Below are positions 57,205-64,000 of a stretch of DNA of 64,000 nucleotides, piece after piece. The translations under genes were made by a program, and so were the position numbers. The stretch comes from an uncultured Candidatus Saccharibacteria bacterium. Its GTDB lineage: Bacteria; Patescibacteriota; Minisyncoccia; Minisyncoccales; RBG-13-42-11. The stretch is from positions 98,468 through 162,467 of the forward strand of contig CAYZSL010000001.1 in the NCBI GenBank assembly GCA_964481125.1, in the 5' to 3' direction. The notes beneath the pieces were generated by a model, which did no database searches, was not told the DNA's origin, and worked only from the letters and a program-made list of their open reading frames with translations. Numbering within the stretch: position 1 is the stretch's first letter; each line of letters opens with the position of its first letter.

Positions 57205-59118
57205 TTAAGGACAAATATTGGCACAGCAAATTTTAGTCGGATAGGCATTACACTCTCCGATATGAGAATTGGTATCTTTGTAGATTGAACCTAAACAAGT
57301 GTATAATTCGCCCAAATCAGAGCAATTACTAGGCGCATTAACATAGCTGCAGGCTATAGTGCTGGGATACGGCGTCTCAGTGCCAAAAGTGGTTGATAAA
57401 CAGCCAGATAGCGGATAATCCACCAGGTCTTTTTTCTCAACGTGAGAATTGGTTACTTTAGCCAGTTTTAAATAGGTATCATATTTTCCTTCGCAAACAA
57501 TGCCCAAATTATTACCGCTACAACAGATATAATTGTTGTAAAAAGCCTGGTCTACCATTTCAGCGTGAGCATTGGTCAAACTTGATATTTTCAAAATTGC
57601 GGTTTCTCCTCCGAGACAACTTCCCTCTCTTACCAAACAGCTCAATGGTATACCTCCAGGATCGCCTCCGAATCCAGCGTTAATACAGTAACCAATAGTT
57701 TCAAAAATTTCAACTTCTCCGTAACCTGTACCAATATTATTAGTGGCATAAGCACGGACAAAATAAGTAACTCCTGGCTCAAGATCAGTCATATAGCTGA
57801 CAAAAGAACCAATGCCTGTTCCATTTGTAGTACATTCATCAGCAATAGTCGGAGTACCAAAACTGCTCCAACAAACTCCTCTGGCTGTGACTGGAGTTCC
57901 TCCATCGTCAGTAACAATACCTCCTGAGGTTGCTGAATTATATGTAATATCAGTAGTGCTGGTAGTGGTTACGACTGGCTTAGTATAGTAGGCAGTGAAG
58001 CTTTTTTGAGTTCCGCAGTGTACACCGCTAGTATTTGCGCCGCAAGCCCTAAAATAATATGTCTGCTCGACTACTAGATTAGTAAGATTAGCTGAAAAAA
58101 CACCCACTCCTCCTATCCCGGTAGATGTTGTATTGCCATAGTCTGTTGTTGTTCCCCATTCAAAATATCTATCAGGATTATTTGTACCCACACAGGTAAT
58201 TTCTCCCCTAATAGTAGCCCCATTATAGCTGACATTAATAGCATCTAAAGTGTTGGTTCTTGGCTGAAGTGTACAAGTAAGGAATTCTCTCCTGTTACCG
58301 TATCCTTCGCCGATATCATTTATTCCGTAAGCGCGGACAGAATAGTAAGTGTTCGGCTTAAGACCGGTTATATTAAGACTAAATTGTGTCCCAAGATCAT
58401 CAATTATTTTATTGTCTAAAATCGTAGGATATTCTGAGATTGAAGAAGTGGCCCAAACCAGACCTTGTTCAAAAATATCCGTATCTCCTTCCTGGAGAAT
58501 CTCCCCACCTGATACTGCTGAATTATAGGTGATATTAGTTACCTCTGCGGTGCTAAGCGTAGGAACGCTGAAAACCCAGTATTCCTCCGGACCGACGACA
58601 ATTTCCTTTTCTTCTTTGACGTAAATAATGCTTATATTCTTATTGTACGGATTCTGCCATATCTGGTATTTGGTATCATCTATACTCCCCTCTGCCGGGT
58701 CAAAAAGCGCTTTACTCAAATAAACAGGAACAAGACACTGATACAAATCGTAAAAACCATCTTCATCTTTAGTGCCTATAGTTTTGAAAATCGGGAAAGC
58801 TTCTTCATCTATTTCCTGGGGCAGGTCTTCGCACGGAGGAAACCAACCTCTTTCCACATTTATCCTCAACTCTATGGTATTAAGTATGGTTTTCAAATGT
58901 ATTTCCCTTTGCCTGTCCCTTGCTTCTTCAAACCTTTTGGCAGGATTTACGGTAATGATAACAGCCACTGCCAATATGGTGATTATGGCAACCACCACCA
59001 ATACTTCGACAAAAGTGAAACCGGCACCGCTTTTAAAAAATCGGGAAAATTGCCTTAACGAAAAAGGATTAATGAATTTTTCTTTAAAATACGAGAAAAA
59101 CTTTTTTAAAATATTCAT
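57205..59118 (-). CDS. Type IV pilin-like protein fused to three FN3-like repeats and a Cys-rich C-terminal domain
   Basis: 637 aa. Class III signal ...FFKSGAG|FTFVEVLVVVAIITILAV (Gly -1, Phe +1, Glu +5) after an unusually long 33-aa leader. Three ~95-aa repeats (residues 186-473). A 160-aa C-terminus with 20 Cys. ATGA overlap with the upstream gene. Confidence 0.8.
   Translation of the reverse strand: MNILKKFFSYFKEKFINPFSLRQFSRFFKSGAGFTFVEVLVVVAIITILAVAVIITVNPAKRFEEARDRQREIHLKTILNTIELRINVERGWFPPCEDLPQEIDEEAFPIFKTIGTKDEDGFYDLYQCLVPVYLSKALFDPAEGSIDDTKYQIWQNPYNKNISIIYVKEEKEIVVGPEEYWVFSVPTLSTAEVTNITYNSAVSGGEILQEGDTDIFEQGLVWATSSISEYPTILDNKIIDDLGTQFSLNITGLKPNTYYSVRAYGINDIGEGYGNRREFLTCTLQPRTNTLDAINVSYNGATIRGEITCVGTNNPDRYFEWGTTTDYGNTTSTGIGGVGVFSANLTNLVVEQTYYFRACGANTSGVHCGTQKSFTAYYTKPVVTTTSTTDITYNSATSGGIVTDDGGTPVTARGVCWSSFGTPTIADECTTNGTGIGSFVSYMTDLEPGVTYFVRAYATNNIGTGYGEVEIFETIGYCINAGFGGDPGGIPLSCLVREGSCLGGETAILKISSLTNAHAEMVDQAFYNNYICCSGNNLGIVCEGKYDTYLKLAKVTNSHVEKKDLVDYPLSGCLSTTFGTETPYPSTIACSYVNAPSNCSDLGELYTCLGSIYKDTNSHIGECNAYPTKICCANICP
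57700..58563 (-). repeat. Three tandem FN3-like domain repeats (protein level)
   Basis: The units share ITYNSA.SGG......G.......G..W.........L.P.T.Y..RAY..N..G.GYG, e.g. VTNITYNSAVSGGEIL..YYSVRAYGINDIGEGYG and TDITYNSATSGGIVT..YFVRAYATNNIGTGYG. The middle unit is more diverged. Confidence 0.6.
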
Positions 59119-60329
59119 TTAACTTCAATGAAAATATTAATATTATTTAAACTGGGATAGGTTTCAGGTCCTCCGGCAAAAGTGGCTCTTGTCTGGATGA
59201 GGGCTGCTGTTAAATCTGTTCCTCTGGATAAATCCGGAATCTCTCTACCGTTTTCCGCTATTTGCCAGTCGGCCCAATCATTGCCGTCATAAAATCTCGT
59301 TTCAAGGATAATCGAATCGCTAGAACGAGTATTGGTTTGCCAAAAAATCTGGGAGTCTCTAACTGTTCCTTCGCCTGAAATATCCAGTTCAGAAGAAATG
59401 CGATAGCCTTCTGTTTCTACAGGCACTATTTCTATCTGCATGATTGTTTCTGTTAAACTGTGCAATCTTGGCGTGGAAATATCATCTGTTTTTAATTCCT
59501 GTTTTACCCAAAGCCAATGATTAGTCATATCAGAACCTTGTTCTATTTCTGGAATTAGCTGACCATTAGTTACTAATTGCCACTCTTCTTCTCCTGGCGC
59601 TTCAGTAGGCATTCCTTCGCTCTCTACCACTTTGGTATAAATGTTTATTTCCGTATCTGCGGGAATAGTTTCTATCCATTCTATTATACTGCTGCCTGCA
59701 TGTTCTATCCCATTCAAGGAAAGAGGGTTTGATATGCGATAACCTTCAGTCTGAATCTCTCCCAGAATCAGATCATCACCATCTGTATCCAAATTATTAA
59801 TATAAGCTTCGCCAGTCCACTCTGCAGCAAGACTGGTTGTTCTTGTTATACCCTCTGTTTCCTCGCCTTCACCTAAATATTCTGAAAGCTTCAAAGAATC
59901 ACCGACAATCTCAAGGTTTTCTATCTCGCATTCCTCGCATTCCCAATCTGCTGCTTTGGATTCAACAACGTATCTTATCTCCTGTTCCTGTCTTTTATAA
60001 TGAGGCTGTTCGCCGACTGTAGCATAGGTTGATATTTTTTTGGTAGACGTGCTAATGTTTTCTATCGGATTTATCACGCAGCTCATTCCATTCATCTCAA
60101 TAGTTTCATCGCCAGCATAATTAATGTCTTGTTTGATGTTTTGAAAAGCTTCTCTGGCGCAAAAGTCAGCCAAAAGAGAAGCTTCCTGCCCCTTATCAAA
60201 AGCCGAGCTCATTGCCTGGTCTTCCAAAGAATTATGGAACATGCTAATGCCTAAAACCAGAACCAAAGCGCTGACTATCAAAACAGAAGTGATAGCAACG
60301 AAACCTTCTTGTTTTTTTGTCCTTTCCAT
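59115..60329 (-). CDS. PilX/GspK-like minor pseudopilin with two ~100-aa internal repeats
   Basis: 404 aa. The N-terminus KKQEGFVAITSVLIVSALVLVLGISMF is pilin-like without Glu +5, as in PilX_N. Repeats begin at TEGYRISNPLSLNG and TEGYRISSELDISG. Confidence 0.6.
   Translation of the reverse strand: MERTKKQEGFVAITSVLIVSALVLVLGISMFHNSLEDQAMSSAFDKGQEASLLADFCAREAFQNIKQDINYAGDETIEMNGMSCVINPIENISTSTKKISTYATVGEQPHYKRQEQEIRYVVESKAADWECEECEIENLEIVGDSLKLSEYLGEGEETEGITRTTSLAAEWTGEAYINNLDTDGDDLILGEIQTEGYRISNPLSLNGIEHAGSSIIEWIETIPADTEINIYTKVVESEGMPTEAPGEEEWQLVTNGQLIPEIEQGSDMTNHWLWVKQELKTDDISTPRLHSLTETIMQIEIVPVETEGYRISSELDISGEGTVRDSQIFWQTNTRSSDSIILETRFYDGNDWADWQIAENGREIPDLSRGTDLTAALIQTRATFAGGPETYPSLNNINIFIEVK
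59127..59750 (-). repeat. Two tandem ~100-aa domain repeats (residues 194-296 and 306-401)
   Basis: Shared pattern TEGYRIS..L...G.......I.W.........I......W......NG..IP....G.D.T...........P.L, seen by direct alignment of the translation. Confidence 0.6.
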
Positions 60330-60352
60330 ATTAAAAGACTGATGTGAAACTT

Positions 60353-61141
60353 TTAATCTTTAATACAGCGGACGCTGAAGCCGCTGGATTTCATACTTTC
60401 AAGCTGCCGCACTTTTTGGTTCTCAGCGTCCAGCATCCGGCTATCGGCAAATTCTTCGGAAGCATTAGACGCCCACCAAAAGCCTTTTTCTTCCAAATAA
60501 GAAAAGGGACCGCTAGCGTTGCGAAAACCCCCAAGCAAAGCAGAAAAGCCAAAAGCGTCTGACCCGTTATAAGTTTTTGATTTTAAATTTCTCCCTTCGT
60601 CTGTTCCCCTCCAACCAGCAAGACTATCGTAAGCAAACTCAGTCTGGCAATTATTATTCCCGAGTTTTTCGCATACGCTTCTTTCTAAATCCGTCCACTG
60701 ATCATTGCTCGGAATACTCCATCCTTCAGGACAAAGGCCGACAGGATTACTAATTGCATACCAATTATATAAAGCTCCGTAAGTATCGCAGTTTTCTTCA
60801 AGGTTTTGGTAACAAGAATAAGCTCCTATCGTATCATTGGACCATCTGCTATTGGTTTCAAAATTGGTAATAGGCGTCTCATTCCTGTATTTTGTTGCTT
60901 TGAGGTTTTCTCTCATCCAACACTGCTCTTCTATCTGTATTGTTTTATAGGTTTCGCCCTGATAGGCTATCTTGTCTCCGCATTTAAAGACAGACGTGGC
61001 TATCTCGTCTTTTTTAATTAAAAAGAATATAGAAACAGCCATTAACAAAACTGAACATCCTATGATAATGATCAATCTCTTTTTTGAATCCATGATTTTC
61101 CCGTTATTATTTTCTTCTTTAATTATATCGCTATTTTCCAT
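60353..61141 (-). CDS. Membrane-anchored FISUMP (Fibrobacter succinogenes major paralogous, TIGR02145-like) domain protein
   Basis: 262 aa with an N-terminal TM segment. YGALYNWYAI..LCPEGWSIPSNDQWTDL, AGWRGTDEGRNLKS, FGFSALLGGFRN, GFWWAS and a terminal GFSVRCIKD match the FISUMP pattern. Confidence 0.7.
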   Translation of the reverse strand: MENSDIIKEENNNGKIMDSKKRLIIIIGCSVLLMAVSIFFLIKKDEIATSVFKCGDKIAYQGETYKTIQIEEQCWMRENLKATKYRNETPITNFETNSRWSNDTIGAYSCYQNLEENCDTYGALYNWYAISNPVGLCPEGWSIPSNDQWTDLERSVCEKLGNNNCQTEFAYDSLAGWRGTDEGRNLKSKTYNGSDAFGFSALLGGFRNASGPFSYLEEKGFWWASNASEEFADSRMLDAENQKVRQLESMKSSGFSVRCIKD

Positions 61142-61162
61142 TTTAAATAAGAAACTGATTGA

Positions 61163-62767
61163 TTATTTAATCGGCAACGTATAATAATTGACGTCCCCCA
61201 AATACAGCGACATTATTTCGTTTCCTGGCAAGGCATGATTATAAATTCTTACATCATCAATCATCCCCTCGAATTTATTGCTCCCGTCAGCTGCCTGTCC
61301 GATATAAAGATCGGAATCAGGCCCGTTATTGACCAAACTGGAATCAGCAGTATCGTCAATCAGATTACTGTCCACATAAAGTTTTCTACCAGCGCCACCA
61401 AAAGTGACGACAATATGCTGCCACTCTCCGACCAAAGCAGTGCTTGTTGACTGGATATAATCTAAAGCTCCTGAATTTCCCGGAGATATAGCCCAGCCGT
61501 ATCCTTCAGTTTCCTGGTCAAAAACAATGGCAAATGAATAATCTTCAGAATAAGCTGCTCTTTTGTGCAGTATTGTCATATTACTGTCAGGCAAAATATC
61601 AGGAAGCTTTACCCAAGCAGATACAGTAATTTCATTTTCAATCTGTAATGAAGAATTATCAGGAATATTAATGAAATCATTTTGTCCGTCAAACTCTAAA
61701 GCTTTTCCCTGTTCCTCGTACCTATCTTCTGTCCATATATCGCACTCTGGCTCTAATATTCCATGATTATTATTGTTGCTATTGTCATGAGAAATACATC
61801 CTTCTCCTTCATTAAAATTCCAGTAACCGACCAATCCTTCACTAACATCTGCCACCACAAGCTTCCTGCCGTATTTATCGCTGTAGCTGCTGTAAAGCCC
61901 TGAAATTTCATTGGAGGTTAAAGCCCTGTTATAAACTCTGACATCGGCAATTGAACCATCCCAAAAATTTGTTTTGTCCTCATTTGTGCCGATAAAAAAT
62001 TCTGTTCCTGGCGTTGGATTAATCGAAGAAATAGTTGTGTCTTGGGATTCTTTAAGCACTCCGTCTATATACAAGTAAAGAGCTGGTTTCCCGGGGTCAT
62101 AAACGCCAACGACATGTTCCCATTCCCATGGAAAATGATCGCTTGCCGCTGATACGGAATCCTGACCATCCGAACCAGCAATTTGAAAACTGTATGAAGA
62201 ATCTATTTTAGACAAAAGATAGCTGTTATATCTCCCAGCTATGGATCTTGTACCCACGTTTGTCCCCAAAACCCAGACAGAAACAGTTAAGGGGCCTGTT
62301 ATTTGCAGAGAAGAAGCGCCTTCTGTTTGAATATAGCTGTTAGAACCGTTAAAGCTTCCAGCGCCGTATCTTTTATTTCTCCTGTCAACGCTAAAGGTCA
62401 TATTATGTATAGTTCCGTCATTGCCGTATCCGCTAAAGTCATTAGCGTCATTTGCCAGTAAAAAGTGTCCTATCAGCCCTGCTCTTGGTATCAAAACCCA
62501 TTGGTTGGCAGCGTTGATCCCTACTTCATATTCTCCCGGGAATAAATCATTTTTATTACTACTAACAATGGAATCAGCCGCTTCCATTGCTTCAATAGAA
62601 AGAAAAGAGGAATTAGTCTGCTCTAAACTGAAAATTGCTCCCTTGGTAACGTTTATAAAAAGAACAAAAATAGTCATTACTCCAAGGGCAAAGATAACCA
62701 TGGCAGCCAGAAGCTCTATTAGAATAAGCCCTTTTTGGTTGCTGTCTGTTTTTATAATATTTATCAT
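61163..62767 (-). CDS. Type IV pilin-like protein fused to two LamG/concanavalin-A-like lectin domains
   Basis: 534 aa. Class III signal NQKG|LILIELLAAMVIFALG (Glu +5). Two LamG-like units end in FWDGSIADVRVYNRALTSNEISGLY and FEGMIDDVRIYNHALPGNEIMSLY. Confidence 0.8.
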   Translation of the reverse strand: MINIIKTDSNQKGLILIELLAAMVIFALGVMTIFVLFINVTKGAIFSLEQTNSSFLSIEAMEAADSIVSSNKNDLFPGEYEVGINAANQWVLIPRAGLIGHFLLANDANDFSGYGNDGTIHNMTFSVDRRNKRYGAGSFNGSNSYIQTEGASSLQITGPLTVSVWVLGTNVGTRSIAGRYNSYLLSKIDSSYSFQIAGSDGQDSVSAASDHFPWEWEHVVGVYDPGKPALYLYIDGVLKESQDTTISSINPTPGTEFFIGTNEDKTNFWDGSIADVRVYNRALTSNEISGLYSSYSDKYGRKLVVADVSEGLVGYWNFNEGEGCISHDNSNNNNHGILEPECDIWTEDRYEEQGKALEFDGQNDFINIPDNSSLQIENEITVSAWVKLPDILPDSNMTILHKRAAYSEDYSFAIVFDQETEGYGWAISPGNSGALDYIQSTSTALVGEWQHIVVTFGGAGRKLYVDSNLIDDTADSSLVNNGPDSDLYIGQAADGSNKFEGMIDDVRIYNHALPGNEIMSLYLGDVNYYTLPIK

Positions 62768-63801
62768 TTGTCAATTGCCTCTATTTTGCCTTGGGAATTA
62801 ATAATTATATATTCTCTGTTTTGTTCTGACCTCAGAATAACTGCCACATCGTCTGTCCATGCCAAATAATTGGCTTTTGGGTCCTTGTCAGAAAAAGAAT
62901 ACTCATAAAGACGGACATCGTCTATTTTTCCGATAAAACTCTCTCCAATCATTAAATCTTCTTCTGACTCTTCAATAGAACCGTCAAATGCCATGGTTTC
63001 TGGCTGCAGTTCTCCGTTGACATACTGCTTCATGGTTTCACCATCCCAAACAGCAGCCAAATAAACCCATTCGTCCAGCAGAGCTAATCTGTTGCTTATA
63101 CTCTGATAGGAAGAACCGTCACCGAGGCTGAAAACAAGATAATCTCCAGACAAAGAAAAACTGTAGCCATTTCCTCCGGCTGGATTTCCTTTTTTAATAA
63201 TTGTGCCTGCGCCAGCCGAAGAAACGTTTACCCATACAGAAATAGTAATTTCATCATCCGGATTAAAAATGTCACTGTTCCCCAAGTTAACTTGGGCGCT
63301 TCCGTTGAATTCCAGACAGCTGCCGTCTTTTCCTTCTGCTCTTGTATATGTGCCGAAAATAATTCCGTCATGATTCTGCTCAAGGTGGCAAGAATCATAA
63401 GCAATATCGCCTGTTTCTTCGTTAAAATCCCAATGACCGATCATCCCAGGGAAAATCGGCAGGCCAGTCGTCTTTTGGAATACAACTTCCTGCGCTCCTT
63501 CAACTGACATGACAATAGGAAAAACGACAACCATATCCTTTGATTCCCTCCTGTCCAAATAAGATTCTCCTTCAAAAACAGTATAGTCGGTTTGAGAGAA
63601 CTTTACCCCCGCACCACTGTCTCCTCTGCCGGTTATGGCAAGCATTTGGGCTTTTCTCAAAGAGCTTTCAACATTTCTTGCTTCGTCTGTTAGCGCAGAT
63701 TTATGGAAAAAAGTGTAAGTTACGGGAAAAGTGAGGCTTGAAAATAAAAAGATCAAAACAACCACAATCATTAATTCAATTAAGGTAAATCCTTTTTGCA
63801 T
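62764..63801 (-). CDS. Type IV pilin-like (GspH/FimT-like) protein fused to a LamG/concanavalin-A-like domain
   Basis: 345 aa. MQKG|FTLIELMIVVVLIFLF (Gly -1, Phe +1, Glu +5). LamG-like GHWDFNEETGDIAYDS...CLEFNGSAQVNLG...FIGKIDDVRLYEYSFSD. ATGA overlap with the next gene. Confidence 0.8.
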   Translation of the reverse strand: MQKGFTLIELMIVVVLIFLFSSLTFPVTYTFFHKSALTDEARNVESSLRKAQMLAITGRGDSGAGVKFSQTDYTVFEGESYLDRRESKDMVVVFPIVMSVEGAQEVVFQKTTGLPIFPGMIGHWDFNEETGDIAYDSCHLEQNHDGIIFGTYTRAEGKDGSCLEFNGSAQVNLGNSDIFNPDDEITISVWVNVSSAGAGTIIKKGNPAGGNGYSFSLSGDYLVFSLGDGSSYQSISNRLALLDEWVYLAAVWDGETMKQYVNGELQPETMAFDGSIEESEEDLMIGESFIGKIDDVRLYEYSFSDKDPKANYLAWTDDVAVILRSEQNREYIIINSQGKIEAIDK

Positions 63802-64000
63802 TGTGTCTTTTTTTTCGGTTAATTTTAGTTTATTATATCGTAATTAGAAGCACATTACTAGCAATATCGTATCTGGTTTTTGAACCTAGCCTAATATATG
63901 GTATAATTTAACAATATTAAGCGTTTTAATACCGTATTTTTTCTATTCTAAAGTGGAAAAACGGCAGAACAATAGAAGATTATTCTATGACGCAACAAAA

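Noticed and set aside
63899-64000. Plus-strand TGGTATAAT box (63899-63907) and ATG at 63987 at the window end
   Set aside because: Only 14 nt of the putative gene are visible, so neither the gene nor the promoter can be supported.

Overview
The window reads as a low-GC, gene-dense, reduced bacterial genome of CPR/Patescibacteria (Parcubacteria-like) type. It uses the standard code; TGA serves as a stop at 19961-19963 and 48392-48394. About two thirds is housekeeping: rpoD and dnaG (dnaG carries an intein), mscS, htpX, lemA, groES-groEL with a CIRCE operator, uvrA, uvrC, secG, a cupin-type PGI, galU, RNase J, trpS, ychF, rpsF-ssb-[HNH]-rpsR, recA, ftsK, rpoC, rpoB and three tRNAs (Asn-GTT, Ser-GGA, Leu-CAG). 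Two accessory regions stand out. (1) 42.3-52.1 kb is an AT-rich island. It encodes a polyprenyl synthase, a UbiA prenyltransferase fused to an unknown membrane domain, a CrtC/AttH-like hydratase, three different radical-SAM enzymes (Zn-ribbon Tes/GDGT-MAS-like, SPASM/twitch, B12-binding), a Zn-MDR dehydrogenase, an orphan protein and a 36-codon ORF. I read it as a candidate undescribed pathway for an isoprenoid ether lipid or other prenylated product, which is unexpected in a lineage thought to lack lipid synthesis. (2) 53.4-63.8 kb is an all-minus-strand cell-surface island. It holds a tightly coupled operon of pilin-like proteins fused to LamG lectin, FN3-like, Cys-rich and FISUMP-type domains, followed by four further exported proteins; one of these is a GC-rich, very Cys-rich gene. 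A decayed DGR/group-II-like reverse transcriptase sits between the two islands. Selfish elements include a LAGLIDADG intein splitting the DnaG zinc-ribbon CFGC motif and a free-standing HNH endonuclease inside the rpsF-ssb-rpsR operon. No CRISPR array, rRNA or transposase was seen. All family assignments come from motif recognition by eye; no database search was run.
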